DNA of 64,000 bases from Eledone cirrhosa (lineage: Eukaryota). Made by a program: the position numbers and the translations under genes. The notes under the pieces are model-generated. The model was not told the origin of the DNA and made no database searches. It saw nothing but the letters and a program-made list of their open reading frames with translations. The stretch is from assembly GCA_964016885.1 (NCBI GenBank), contig CAXHJY010000394.1, positions 16,271 to 80,270 on the forward strand, written 5' to 3'. Below are positions 10,553-24,511 of the stretch, one piece after another (position 1 is the stretch's first letter; each line of letters begins with the position of its first letter).

Positions 10553-12083
10553 CTCAGTATAGAACTAGACCCAAATAAAAAGGTAGTTAACTTCCTAGAC
10601 ACCACCCTAAACCTGAACACCGAACAATACTACCCCTACCACAAGCCCAACGAGAAACTCGTGTATGTTAACGCCAAGTCAAACCACCCTAGATCCATAA
10701 CCAAGGCCGTGGTGAAGAGTGTCTCGGATAGGATCTCCAGCCTGTCCGCAAGTTAGGAAATATTCGATAACAATGCGGAATATTACAACGCAACTCTAAA
10801 TAAGGCGGCACATGGCCAAAATATAACATATAGTACGAAATGCCGGGATGGGGATGGCCCAACGGACACCCACACCCGCATTGTCCGGGGGGGGGGGGAC
10901 CCTAACAATACAGGCAGAACAGAAACAAATAGGCAACATGAACCCGACACCACCACACGGGCGTTGGTGACGAGTACGCTTAACCATGAGATGAAACCCA
11001 ATATGAGTAGTAGTCTCAGGTGATGCTAACCACCCCAGGCCCGACGACCCCAACCACAGGACACGTGGGGGGGATGGGGCGGGAACGGAGGACCGCCCCA
11101 CGGTAGATCTCCCAGCGTGGGCAACGACCACCCCACAGATTCGGGCCGTGAAGATAGCCAAACGCATAGCGCCCGAAGGGGAAGCAACAATGCGGGAACC
11201 ACCAGCAACCCAACAAATCTCCAACAACTCACGACGCCCCCGACCCACAAATATAGAAGGAGACACAGAAAAATCACCTGGTACAACCCACCCTACTCAG
11301 CGGCCCTAAAGAACAGCTTGGCTTGATCATTCTTTGGAGCACTTGATAAATACTTCCCAAGGGACCATAGATACCACAAGATCTTCAACAGACACACTGT
11401 GAAGCACTCGTATTCCGCCACGAGAAATCTGGCCCAACAAATAGCTAGCATCAACAGGAGTAGACTTAAAAACCACACACAACCAGAAGATGGCAATACA
11501 AGCACTCAGCAGAACCATGTGAAAGGAGGGAAGGGGGGACCCAGTGCCCACCCAAGAAACCCAAACAGACCCGGGGACCCCCCACCGTGCCTGGGGGAAG
11601 ACAACCATGTAACACCTAACGGGAATCCCAATCTAGGCACGCAGAGGTCGACCACCCTCTGCAACTGCAGAAACCCCGAATCATGCCCCCTTAGTAATGA
11701 ATGCCTTAAGAAGAACCTAGTATACGGTTGTAGGGTTAAAACCCCCAACTCCGAACACCTCTACATAGGAGCCACATCAACGAGCTTTAAAGACCGCTGG
11801 TATAACCATCGTCATTCCTTCAATAAGGAGGCCAAAAGGAAAAGTACGGCTCTCTCCGACCTGATCTGGAAGCTTAAGCTGGACAGGACCCCCGTACTAT
11901 CTGGCCTGGTACATAATCAGGAAAGTACCACCCGATAAAGGGGGATCTTGCATATGCAAACTATGTCTCAACGAGACCCTAGAGATACTAAGAGGTGGAA
12001 GCGGCCTGATAAACCTCAGAACCGACTTCTTCGGGACATGCAGACACCTCAGGGCCGGGACCTCCCTCAAGCTATATGGATAG
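10553..12083 (+). pseudogene. PLE (Naiad-like) ORF relic: RT C-terminus/thumb, CxC-x5-CPL linker and GIY-YIG endonuclease, with stops and frameshifts
   Basis: NFLDTTLNL, YVNAKSNHP, ITWYNPPYS, IFNRHTVKHSYS, CNCRNPESCPLSNEC, YIGATSTSFKDRWYNHRHSF, CKLCLNE, FGTCRH. Confidence 0.9.
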
Positions 12084-12169
12084 TAACAACATCATAGGTT
12101 GGGAACTCCCCTCAAACCATAGGGACTAACCCAGGCTGAGAAGACACCATGATAGCCTAGAGATTGATT

Positions 12170-13410
12170 CTGACACAGCCTTTATAATTTGACCAACATC
12201 TTTATAACACACACACATTTTAATTTACTTGATTTTTGATTTCTCATTATTCATTTGTTATTTGTTTTCTGTTTTCTTCAATTTATATTTATATTTAAGT
12301 TGAGATTGGTTATAACAGACACACATTTTATTTGATTATCCTATTTCCTTTTATTCTTTTACCATTTTGTTCCTCCTACCACTCTATCCAACATATTTCT
12401 GACCTTGAGATTGCTTATAGCACACACACATTTTATCTTATTTTATTTGAATCTTCATTTTTATTTTTCACTTTTCATCTTCATTTTTCATTTTCCATAT
12501 TCATTCTTCATTACTTTTTCATTAATTTTTCATTTATTCTCTATTTATTATTTATTTTCTGTTTTCTTCATTTCATTTCATTTTATTGCCTTCTATTTCT
12601 TCATATACATGGCAACCCCCCCCCCCCCCCCCTCCACCACCACCACGGGAGATGGTGGCAGGAGGGATGAAGAAACACACACACAGATACTTCTAAATTG
12701 TCAGCAGCAGCAAGAAATAAGCTGACCACAACACCAACACTACCAAAATAAGGGTAGAGGTCAGATGTACTTAACAATAGCAAACACAAACACTACAGGG
12801 AGCCTCACCCCAGAAAGAATTTCTATAGACTTTGGACTTAGGAATGCTCTCAAAACTGACCAATGGGAAGTTTGACCTTACAAATCTTTATAACATTGAG
12901 ATGGGTATAACACACACACACACACATTTTATTCGATTATTTTATTTTATTTTGTTCCTTTACCATCTTATTCCTTCTACCACTTTATCACTTTTTTTTT
13001 AGCTGACTCCAACAACAACACCACTACAAACATAAGAATAGAGGTCAGATGTACCTAACAATAACAAGAACAACAACTACAGATTGGCTTGCCTCAGAAC
13101 GAATTTTTATAGACTTTTGACTGAGGAATGTTCTAACAACTGACCAATGAGAGGAGAAGAGGCCCTTTGACACTGAAATTCGTTTGTTTAAATTCACATG
13201 ATTCCAGTTCTTCAGTGAAATAACAACCCAACCAGGAACTGGGCATATCAGAGTATTGAAAAAGTTATACACCTCAACAACATGTGTAATCGTCTCTACC
13301 ACACTAATTCGGACTGCCTGAAGAGATCACAGCCAAAGATGGCTGTCACCGAAATATATATAGCAGTAATAAACGAAGCCAAATTTTAAACATTTGACTT
13401 ATTTATTTAT
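12170..13410 (+). mobile_element. PLE 3' UTR/pLTR with internal duplications; same family as 56995-57545
   Basis: 12689-12870 and 13137-13400 align to 56995-57545. Ends HHR, AATAAA, then (TA)n. Confidence 0.75.
13313..13367 (+). ncRNA. Type I hammerhead ribozyme motif
   Basis: ACTGC-CTGAAGA-[..ACAGCCA/TGGCTGT..]-GAAA-TATATA-TA-GCAGT. Perfect 5-bp stem I. Confidence 0.85.
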
Positions 13411-13596
13411 TATATATATATATACATATCACGCATGGCCCAGGGGACGACTGATTAGGAAGATAGGGGCTGTTGTTCATTTATCATACGTATTTCGCTT
13501 TTTTTTTTATTCGTGTGCAAATTTGATTAAATATTTTTCTCACGTTTGTAAATGGAAACACGTATAATGTGTGTGTTTACACGTATGCTTGTATTT

Positions 13597-13638
<42 letters not shown>

Positions 13639-13644
13639 TGGTGG

Positions 13645-13675
<31 letters not shown>

Positions 13676-13800
13676 GGTATGTGTACGTGTGCAGGTGAGT
13701 TTTGACAAAGAAATTTACGTTTGTAGAAGCGGATAACTGTGCGTCCTCGTAGAAGTGGGATAGGGAATGTATTTAAATAACATTTAAACGTTTCTAGTTA

Positions 13801-13925
13801 ATATGCCGATACATCTATTGTGTTTATTAGCTTTTATTAGGTTTTATATGCCGATACATTTATTGTGTTTATTAGCTTTTATTAGCTTTTATATGCCGAT
13901 ACATTTATTGTATTTATTAGCTTTT
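13801..13925. repeat. 45-bp minisatellite, ~2.8 copies
   Basis: ATATGCCGATACAT.TATTGT.TTTATTAGCTTTT repeated. Confidence 0.85.
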
Positions 13926-14920
13926 GACATTTCTGTTATAATATATATGCGCATGTGTATATACTACAATAAGAGGAATACTCAACATTCCAGTTTTACT
14001 TTACCATATAACACAATGAAATATTATGATAAATTTTCTAATCACCATACGATATGACGTATAAACATAATTTACATAACTTCGAGATTAAAAACATAGG
14101 CTATGTCTAAAGTTTTGGCAGTATGCAGTTGTTATTCTGCATTACATAATTTTAATTGACAGCATATCTTCGTGACAACTTAAATAACAAAGGTGAAACA
14201 AGGGCAAGTAAATACGTAAAGTATGAAGAGACAAACGAAAAACAACAAACAAAACAAACAGAAAAAATAGAACTGTTGTAGCTATAAGATCTAGGGAAAA
14301 GATTATTATGGACTCAGACTACTGGCTGCTGTGAACTGACACGGAACATCAACGGTCAACATGTTAAACAATAAGGTCATGTTTCTAATTATGTTTTGTC
14401 ATGTCGTATGGTGCAACACGGCATTGGCTTATAAGTGTAAACATGACCAGTTCGGTAAAATATGTTAGAATTGCCTGTAGGAACTACTGAATGATTTGGT
14501 GTGTGTGTGTGTGTGTATGTGTGTGTGCGTATGTGTGTGTGGGTGTGGGTTTGTGTGTGTGTGTATGTGTGGGTGGGTGTTTTTATGCCTATGTGTGTGT
14601 TTTGTGTGGGTTTGTTCGTGTGTAGGTGTGTATGTGTGCTTGTGTATATGTGCGAGTGTGTGAGTTTGTGTGTGTATGTGTTTGTATCTATGCGTGTGTG
14701 TGTATGTGTGTGTGTGCGCGCATGTGTGTGTGAGTGTGTGCATGGGTTTGTGTGTAGTATGTCTGTATGTGTGGAGGAATGGTTTCCATTGATTACGATA
14801 AAATACAGAGCAACAATCGTTTTCTACTTAGGAAGAGTGAAGAAGAAATTAATACCTCTGGCTCTCTCTCTCCCACACACAGATACACACATGCATACAT
14901 ACACCCATACATACATACAT

Positions 14921-15390
14921 GAAAAGGAGAATATTTATGCAGAACTGTTGAGAAATCTGCAGATACTCCACCCTGATTACACCTTCAGATTTATGCCTGT
15001 GATTATTGGGACACTGGGATATGTTAGTAACTGCCTCAATACAAATCTTGAGAAGCTAGGTGTCACAGGAACAGAAAGAACACAACTAGTTAGGAAATTA
15101 CAAGTACAATCCATTAATGGAACAGTAAAAATATGTAAGACATTCCAAAGATTTTGCATCTAATAACTGCATATACACATGTACAGATACAAAGCATATG
15201 CACATGCACACATGCAACTCAAAAGATACACATCCACACATACAATAACATCCATATCTACACATGCATGCATACATATCTACCTAGTTGATGTTGTGTA
15301 AATTCCAATGAGAGAGTCTTGTGTCTATGTTAGAAACCGACTCTCTCTATATTGGTAAAACTTTGTGAAATTATAAAACTAGAAGAACAT
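14921..15390 (+). mobile_element. 3' end of a restriction-like-endonuclease non-LTR element (R4/Dong-like) in (CATA)n
   Basis: EKENIYAELLRNLQILHPDYTFRFMPVIIGTLGYV…TVKICKTF*, matching the K...Y..L...P..IG.LG C-terminus. (CATA)n on both sides. Confidence 0.7.
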
Positions 15391-15651
15391 ACATACACAC
15401 ATACATACATACGTACATACGTACGTACGTACATACCAGCGTGCGTATTTGTGTACGTGTGTATGTGTGCATATGTGTATGAGGAGAGTATATTATCTGA
15501 CTTAATACTTTACCTAAAGTAAAAAAGAAAATTAAGCGTTCCAAGAGAAGGAAGGCAAATATTTCAAGTAATGTCATTCCTACAATACAACAAATCTTAT
15601 GTAACGAAGAAAACAAACCATTTAAACTATCTACTTAAAATGAGGAAAAAT

Positions 15652-15839
15652 AACTGTTTCTACTTTAGGCACAAGGCCAGCAATTACCCAGTGCATTACT
15701 GGTACTTTATCTTATCGACCCCGTAAGGATGAAAGGCTAAGTCAACCTCGGCGGGATTTGAACTCAGATCGTAAAGGGACGTAACTATGCTGGAAAGCAT
15801 GGCGTCCGACCCTCTACCGATACTGCCAATCCACCGCCC
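15652..15839 (-). mobile_element. Meta-type tRNA-derived SINE
   Basis: Same consensus as 7077-7262. Probable TSD GGAAAAATAAC. Confidence 0.85.
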
Positions 15840-16703
15840 AATGGAAAAATAACATTGAAGAAGAAGAAGAATTATAGAAATTCTATATAGAAACCATGCC
15901 TGTAAAAACACAGAAATAAGGTTTGAAGAACGAGATGCATCTGAAAGCCATACCCCGCCCCGCTAAAACAGAATTTAATATTGTGGGATCTATAACAAAC
16001 TTTTCCCTTTTGTCATAATCAACCGCATCCTTCCTCACTAACTTTCCTTTTATCTCTTATCAGCTATAGCTGTCTTTCTTGGTATTTCACATTCATTTCC
16101 ATTACTTGTCTCATCCAGTATCTTTTATGTATCCTCAAAACATGGACCAACCAACGTATTCCATTTCCTTTCACAACATTCACCACTGGCTGTATTCCCA
16201 TCATTATCTACAATTCATTGTTTGTCTCTCCGACTCTGACCGATACCGAATGAAAATAATGCCTTAAACAGATTTTGTTGATTACAAAAGAATATCATTG
16301 TTTGCCATAAGTAATTTTCTTACTGCAGACCCTCAAGTGATAAAAAAATAAATGGTTTATGGAAAATTAAAGACTTTTCACTACTCAGCTGCCATATATG
16401 CAAATGGATGGGCTACATGTTTTCATTGATATACCCTCAACGTAAATTTCAGTATACGATAATGTGACAATGCTGGGTTTTGAATTGTAGGCAAAAAGAA
16501 ATAATAATTGACGCTACTATATTTTTCAAACCCAAACAGACGAAAGAGAAAGCTAGCCATTTAAGTAATATCTTATTCAAATATTATTTATAACTCTCTG
16601 CATTGTGGTGGCATTTCAAAAAAGCTAACATATTTTCAAATTACCTCAAAGCTCACCTCCCACCCCCTCTCTCCTTATATATATGTGTGTGTTTTAGAGC
16701 GAG

Positions 16704-16750
<47 letters not shown>

Positions 16751-17766
16751 AAAATAAGTATTATTTTTGAAACTGAAAACACTCGACTAGTTAATCCTGT
16801 TCTCCGCATAACACTCATCAAATTAAGCTTAGTTTGACAAGTGCTAACGTTCAGTGTATCGGCGTAAACTAAAGTCACTAATCAACATAACATATGTTTT
16901 TCATATATCATCAGGTATCGTCTCTTCGTAACATACAAACTGCTTCGACAGAGCTGAGAATTACCCCCGAAATACTTCGAACAGTTTGAATTATCACTAT
17001 GTTCAAATAGACACAAGGGGGTTAGCAATGAAACCCCACCAAGAACGTATTTTTTCCCAGCCGCATCGCTCGGAACCAAAATCACGAAAGCTTATATTAA
17101 ATGAATCAAGCATTCATTTACAACTTACAATTTAGGATGTGATTCTTTCACTACTTGTAATCGCACAAATGTTTTGGAATACGCCCAATATGTTTAGTAA
17201 ATGTATGACCACTATTAAATTCTTTGAAATATCATATGGAAATCTATTTTAGAGCAGTTCGGTGGTTGAACTCTTTTGTCTGACATTTCTAGCTAATACC
17301 TATAAATAACCTGCGTACATTTCAGGTCACGTTCAATATTATAGGAAAATAACAGAATGCAGTTGAATTTAACAAAACAACATGACTCTTCATTATTATA
17401 TAAGTAAAGTGTATGGTTACACTGGAACTAAAAAAGGGAATTCTAAAATGACTGTACACAATTGCCGAGTAGAGAGTGCGGAAATGGATACAAAATAATA
17501 TGATACAGATTTTACATACATGCGTGTCTGTACATCACCTTTAGCGAAATGTGGTTTGTCTGCTTGTTTCTTTTTATGTTAGTTGCTAGTTTGAGAAGCA
17601 ATATATGTTCCCAACAGTTACCACTGAAATAGTTTGTAATTCCTACTCGTTGATGACAAAGAAACACATTTTGTCAGCATGACATTTTGTTTCTCATTCT
17701 TGTTGATTAGTATGTGTTCCAAAATTTGATTTGGTAGAAGGAAAATAGAAAAAACACGTATAAGTA

Positions 17767-17850
<84 letters not shown>

Positions 17851-17997
17851 CGTGTGTGTGTGCATGTATATATATATATATATATATCTTTATTATTAGT
17901 ACAGATTGGAGTTTAAGCTAAACATTTCTGCTTTCTTCTTAAATATACAATCCTTATCGAGCCCTCTTCGGATTTTGGACTTAGTATTTATTATTAC

Positions 17998-18049
<52 letters not shown>

Positions 18050-18702
18050 CTGGTTAAAAGTACTCAATTCCTGCTGCAAACAAATTAGCGGGGGAACTAT
18101 AGGTTTCACATATGTATATATATATATATAATATATATATACATATAGATATAATGTTAATCTGGTATGAGGTATGAGTGAAATATAATGAAGGCGATAC
18201 AATGGAATGCGACGTGTGTGTTTAGGGGGAGGAGAATGCAAAGTGGAATAATCTTTTAGGGCTGCATTATGCAAACGAATGTGGGAGGTATGGATTTTCT
18301 GAATATATTTTATTTTAATGAATGTTTGTTGTGAATGATAATTAACACAGTCGCCCGCAACGCAGAGAAGCGAAACATAACCAAATGCCCAGCGTTAATT
18401 GACTGTTTTCTTTTTACGCCTGTCGACATCGATTACCTCCGGTGTTCTCATCTTCTTGCCGAATCGTGAGAAGTGCATCTTGCTTGAAGAAGGACCCCCA
18501 TGAGGTGAAATGGCTAATGCAGCAAACTTCACTGACTTTTCGCTGTGGTTATACTTTCCTCGTCTTGTTTGTAGGGTCCACGTTTTAAAGTTTGCTGCTT
18601 CCCTATCTTCTATATTTTCAAAAACTTTTATACTTTTCTTTCTTTCATCTTTCTTTCTTCTTTTTTTTTTTGTCTTTCTATTACTAACTGGTAATAGGCT
18701 CT

Positions 18703-18852
18703 TTTTCCAGCATAGAGTTATGACCCTTTACGAATTGAGTTCAAATCACGCCGAAGCTAACTTTGCCTTTCATCCTTACGGGGTCGATAAAATAAAGTAC
18801 CAGTAATGTACTAGGTAATTTGCTGGTCTTGTGCCAAATGTAGAAACAACTA
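18703..18852 (+). mobile_element. Meta-type SINE, 5'-truncated
   Basis: GAGTTCAAATC…CTTTGCCTTTCATCCTTACGGGGTCGATAAAATAAAGTACCAG. Confidence 0.85.
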
Positions 18853-18929
18853 TTTCAGATATAATATTCTAATCAGGCTTGTGAAAATTTGTGATGATCG
18901 TAAGCGTAAAGAGATTGGCCTTTTTGATA

Positions 18930-19198
18930 TTTTGGTTGAGCATGGAGAATCAGTTAATGTATATCTCCTATTTGTTGAGCAAGGAGAATCAGTTAATGTA
19001 TATCTCCTATTAAGTTGAGCATGGAGAATCAGTTAATGTATATCTCCTATTTGGTTGAGCATGGAGAATCAGTTAATGTATATCTCCTATTTGGTTGAGC
19101 ATGGAGAATCAGTTAATGTATATCTCCTATTTGGTTGAGCATGGAGAATCAGTTAATGTATATCTCCTATTTGGTTGAGCATGGAGAATCAGTTAATG
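18930..19198. repeat. 40-bp minisatellite, ~6.7 copies
   Basis: TTGGTTGAGCATGGAGAATCAGTTAATGTATATCTCCTAT repeated head-to-tail with no spacers. Confidence 0.95.
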
Positions 19199-19420
19199 CA
19201 AGTTGCAATAAACAATGACAGGTGGAATCAAGGTGAAGACTGTCAATGAAAGTGAATAAAACAACTGGTAACTGAGCAAATATATCAGCCATATGTAAAC
19301 TATTTTAACAGACAACTGAAGACCGGCAATGTAACAATCCAAGTAGCGGCTTACAAAAAATAAAGCACGATATAAAGATTCTCTCTTTATCCTATCTTTC
19401 TATCTCGCTTTATCTCTCTT

Positions 19421-19481
<61 letters not shown>

Positions 19482-20193
19482 TAGCAAAGTTGCTCATAAG
19501 AAAAAAAGAAAATCTCGGGCCGGATAAATAAAAGCATCTTTTCCTCACCACCCACCCCATCGGAATACAATGTCGTGCATAAGGATGGTATTACATAATA
19601 TTGATCATATGTTGCATGAGAGATTAGATCAAGCCACAAAAAGGTTTATATATGATAACACTACAACATAGAGTCAGGGGACGACAACAAGTGAATGTCT
19701 TTCAATTAGTATAGCAAAGCGACTACGTAAACAAATAACAATAAACAATTTAACATGGAAACAGGGCAAGCGAATTATTAGGGCATAATATGTGTTAGCA
19801 CCACTCAGAAAGAGAGAGCTCAATACGTTCATAAAGTAAACATTTATAGGATCGGATGCTCAATGCCTAAGAGGGAGCAATGCATTCGTTCCAGGATTGG
19901 AATTCTAAGATCAGACTGTTGAGAAATTCATCGGGATAATGAACAACTGTCTATATATATACAGTGGCTGTGGACATCTTTCTCCCCAAACTACCAAAAC
20001 ACACATTTATTTGAATTGGATATGCGCTACAATTTATGTACAAGTTGTTTATCGCATATCGTAGTTTTCTGACCATTTTAGAGTGCAAAGAGCTAAACTA
20101 ATTACTACAACTAAATTCACCAAATTACCCCCCCCCCCCTCCTCCCAATTTAGAAATGCTTCCAACGCCTCTGTGTATATATATATATATATA

Positions 20194-20249
<56 letters not shown>

Positions 20250-20557
20250 TACTCATAAAGAGGAAGTTTGTTTGTTAACACCAAACACTCCCCCTCTCTA
20301 TATATCTATCAATACCTATCTCTATCATTCATCTCACTCTATTCATTAACTCCAAACTCGCTCCCTCTCTATATCTACTTCCGATATTCCTCTCTTTATC
20401 TATCTTTCCCATCTATCTCTACATAACATGTACATAAATTGTATCGCATATACAAATAGATGTATTTTGGTATGTTTGGGGAGAAAAATATAATTATTGG
20501 GGTGGGGGTTTGGCCTCCCCCTTCCCAGTTCCACCGCCTCTCTCTCTCTCTCTCTCC

Positions 20558-20632
<75 letters not shown>

Positions 20633-20668
20633 AACACTCTCGGAACTCTCTTCCCACCCACTTTTCTC

Positions 20669-20696
20669 CTGAAGAAGGGCTTATGCCCGAAACGTC
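20669..20696 (+). ncRNA. Minimal PLE-type hammerhead core in a solo pLTR (20631-20780)
   Basis: CTGAAGA-A-GGGC.TTAT.GCCC-GAAAC-GTC. No adjacent stem I is evident. Confidence 0.65.
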
Positions 20697-20775
20697 CCCT
20701 CCCCCACTCTCAAGAGCGTGAAACTAATAAACCTTTGTTTGTACTGCCTCTCAGGTTTTGTTCCCGTTTCATTTT

Positions 20776-20832
<57 letters not shown>

Positions 20833-21043
20833 CCTGTAATCGCGTCGTCTGGGAAGGGGGGGGGGCGCGTGATACTCAGCCTCAATGTACCGTCTATTAA
20901 AATATTCATCACTGAATAAGATATTTTCTTGTTCATTAAAAATTAATTAATTATTGGGTAAGTACACATTCATGCGGGTGCAAACACAGACGTGGTATCT
21001 TTTATCTTTAAATATCTAAATATATATATATATATATACATCG

Positions 21044-21256
21044 ATGTGAGAAAAACCACAGACCCTCCATCTCAACTCTACTTTTGAAAAGCAGAAGAAC
21101 TGCGAATCCGGTAAAGGAACCAAATAAATATATATATATTTTTTTTTAAATAAGACTCCAGTTGCACTTTCGATTTCATCTTTTTTCTTTATACTTTCAC
21201 TCGTGTAGGACACCTCGGTTATTTTTCATTTTGTAAAAAAACCCTCACTTTCTAAT
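21044..21256 (+). mobile_element. ~210-bp non-coding HHR-bearing element in (TA)n, copy 1
   Basis: Same two ends (ATGTGAGAAAAACC … CACTTTCTAA) as the copies at 34531-34740 and 48178-48403. Confidence 0.8.
21081..21116 (+). ncRNA. Hammerhead motif with U3-A8 core (GAAT substitution in this copy)
   Basis: CTT-TTGAAAA-GCAG.AAGAA.CTGC-GAATC-CG-GTA-AAG. Confidence 0.55.
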
Positions 21257-21582
21257 ATATATATATATATATATATATGTGTATATATATAGTATAACAA
21301 TTATAATTGAGTGGCTGCTATTTGCAGTATAGCAATATAAGGTTGCACTTACCAATGAAACGGTTGTAAATACCTGGATAAAATCCTTCTCTTAATGCTT
21401 ACCTGTGTTTTCTCTTTTATACTATATATATATATATATGAAAAATATGGGGAGAAGAATACTGCATGGTTGCACATGGATAACATGTTATAAAATGAGT
21501 CCCTCATCAGTGATTTGCCAACGATCATTGGTATTTCAATGTATATATATGTGTGTGTGTGTGTGTACGTGTGCGCGCGTGC

Positions 21583-21625
<43 letters not shown>

Positions 21626-22334
21626 ACGAACAGGGGAGGTGCGTGCATCATTAGTGATATTACTATATTGGCAAAAAGTATAGACTTCGTGGACATTATG
21701 ACCACATAATCTTACATTAATATATATATATATATATATAAGATACTATATAAATATATACACACACACATATATATATATATATATTCACATATATTTA
21801 TACTCGTACATGTATGGTCTATTCTTACATATACACAGCATAAAGATATAGGGGAGGGGAATATCGAATGAAGGTAAAATAAATCAGCGAAAATGAAAAG
21901 AAAATGACATGAGAAAGTTTCTCTAAAATTGTCTATGTTCTATATTTGATACTGATTGAGACTACTATCACAGATGAATATCTATAAAAACACTACACAA
22001 AAATAGAAAACTAAAGACGGATATTAACAAAAGATACTTGAAGAAGTAACTTCTACAAATAATAAGGCGTGGTGTTTTTATATGAACATATAAATAGATT
22101 GGATAAAGTGACAGAAAATGAAACATAATAAAAAGATAACACATGTAAAAAAAATCATTAAGCTATGAAATGAAATTATATTTTGAAGTTAACATACCGA
22201 AACATTAATTTCTACGAGGTTTTATTTACCTAACTGTTTTACTTTCGTTCTGTTTGATTGATTGACCCTGAAACTATTTGTTTCGTTATTTTTTTTAATT
22301 TGTTTGAAGCGACAGTCGGGTACTAAATATGATA

Positions 22335-22480
22335 AGGCGGTGGAATAAGCGAGGGGGTATAAGCGGGGGGAGTTGGAATATATGAGGGGGATAAGCGGGG
22401 GAGTTGGAATACGTGAGGGGGAATAAGCGGGGAGTTGGAATATGCGAGGCGGTTATAAGCGGAGGAGTTGGAATAAGGTG
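22335..22480. repeat. G-rich degenerate tandem repeat (GGAATAAGCGGGG-like units)
   Basis: Several ATAAGCGGGGGAGTTGGAATA units, with related motifs at 22735-22790. Confidence 0.6.
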
Positions 22481-23474
22481 TGTGTGTGTGGGGGGGGGGG
22501 GGGGGGTATCAGTAATTTTTCTAGGTTGTCTCCGTTGATTTTTTAAAACCAGAATTAGTCGTTTAGTTTACGTATTAAGACTCCAATACATCCTATTTAT
22601 TCTATAACGCATGGGATTTCAAGTAATGTACCTTTTTTTGCCATTTATAATGTTTTTTTTACTGTCTAAAGAAAATTGATTGTCGCATCAATGCTACCAC
22701 TTAAAATACAATTTCGCCGGTGATAGCAAAATTTAATAAGCGGGGGTGGGGGGTGGGGAGTCTGAAAAATTGTTAAGCGGTGGAGGGGTCGAGTAGGAGA
22801 TGGTAGATCGGTATAATGCCTGTAAAAAGATATTGAGATATATTTACGCCCAGATCCCACGAATAACATGATTCAAGACCACGGGACAACCAGCATAACT
22901 CTTTCAGAAACTGAATAACAAAACATTTCAGATTAAAAAGGCTGTCAGAATATTTTATGCCAATGTGTGTGTGTGGATATGTGTGTGTACGTGTACATTT
23001 GTGGGCTTGGGTTTATGTGCACTAACATACACATGTATGTGTGAGTAGATGCATGCATATGTATGCCTTAGTGTATGTGTATGTAAGTAAATATGTGTGT
23101 GCTTGTATACGAATGCCGCGCGCGCGCGCGCGTGTGTGTATGTGTGTGTGTGTGTATACAAGTATAATAAGGGATGTTTTTTCAGAGAGGAATTTGCTGA
23201 AGTATCATCAAGACCGAAGAACGAAGTAAATCAAATTATTTCGAGAAACATTTTGCCATGTATCTCATACAATATAGTATATTTACCTCAATGTTTACAT
23301 ATTGAGTGCTCTAGTGATTACAACCATACATTCAGGCAATATATATGTGTGTGTTGCGTGTGCGTGTGCGTGAGTGTCTCTCTGTGTCTCTATGTCTGTG
23401 TGCGCCTGCGTGCATGTGTGTGTGTCTGTGTTTGTGCGTATATATATATATATATATATATAGGAACCAGTAAG

Positions 23475-23568
23475 ACCCCGACAGCTGAGCTCAAGCCGTT
23501 TCGACGGCTAATTCTGGACTAAATGAAAATTTATCCTGGTATTTAAATAGCCGATCTTCTCAAGGGGT
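23475..23568 (-). ncRNA. Hammerhead motif with U3-A8 core (mirror of 25614-25707)
   Basis: Reverse complement of the motif at 25614-25707. Confidence 0.75.
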
Positions 23569-23929
23569 AATTCCATATATGGTCAAAGTGATTGTCAAAA
23601 ATCAGTAGTAATTCTGTGGTTGCAAATTAGTAGGGGAGATGGTGGCTAAACCTGCCAGTAGGAGAAAGAGGGGAGGGGGTGGAGTAGACCCAATCAAGCG
23701 TTGGTAGTGCCAGCTACAGCTGGGCATGAGGTCAAAGAAGATACAGGGGAGGGGGAGGGGGAGGAAGTCGGAACGGTAGGTAGAACAATGGGGGGTAGAA
23801 ATAGGAAAGAAAAAATACTGAGAGTGAAGAAAAGCAAATAAGTGTAAAGAAAAAAGTAAAGTAAATAAATTCTACGACCTAGGTGTCAGGCTATTGTTGG
23901 AGGTATCCGTCCTCACGTTGCACTGGTAG

Positions 23930-24511
23930 ATCACATTTAACAAGAATACCATCAAACTCTCTTACAGCACTACACCAAACTTCGCACAAAACATCGTCTC
24001 CTCTAACAACAAAAAACTCAACCCCGATGGCAGAAATAACCTAAATAGCAGTGGAGAACCGACCAGGAGGTGTAACTGCCCGGATAGATCTATTTGCCCA
24101 CTCGACAATAGATGCAGAGACCGTAATGTGATCTACCAGTGCAACGTGAGGACGGATACCTCCAACAAAGCCTATATAGGACTTACCGCATGTGACTTCA
24201 AGACCCGGCTATACCAACATAGACATACCTTCCGAAACCCGGCCCGGCGTCACGCCACTACACTTTCGGGCCACATATGGGACCTCAAGGACAACAACAT
24301 CACCTATGATCTCACTTGGAGATTACTGTCCAGAGCCAATTCTTACACGGGTGGACGCCGTCCGTGCAATTTATGCTCGGAGGAAACTTTACAAATGCTG
24401 TTTTCGACGGACCAACTCCTAAACAAAAAAGATGAACTGGTTACTGCATGTAAACGTAGATTGCGTAGGACTTACCTCGCCCTCAAACCCCATAATGACC
24501 CGGGGGGGTAG
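23930..24511 (+). pseudogene. PLE C-terminal fragment: linker zinc-finger-like motif plus GIY-YIG endonuclease
   Basis: FNKNTIKLSYSTTPN…CNCPDRSICPLDNRC…VIYQC…AYIGLTACDFKTRLYQHRHTF…CNLCSEE…LLNKKDELVTAC. Confidence 0.9.

Noticed and set aside
11324-11326. In-frame TGA in the Naiad-like ORF as possible selenocysteine (some Naiads encode selenoproteins)
   Set aside because: It is not at a conserved Cys position, the ORF also has a TAG stop and frameshifts, and no SECIS was identified.
18930-19198. Regular 40-bp repeat superficially like a CRISPR array
   Set aside because: Units are head-to-tail with no unique spacers, and the context is eukaryotic with no cas genes.
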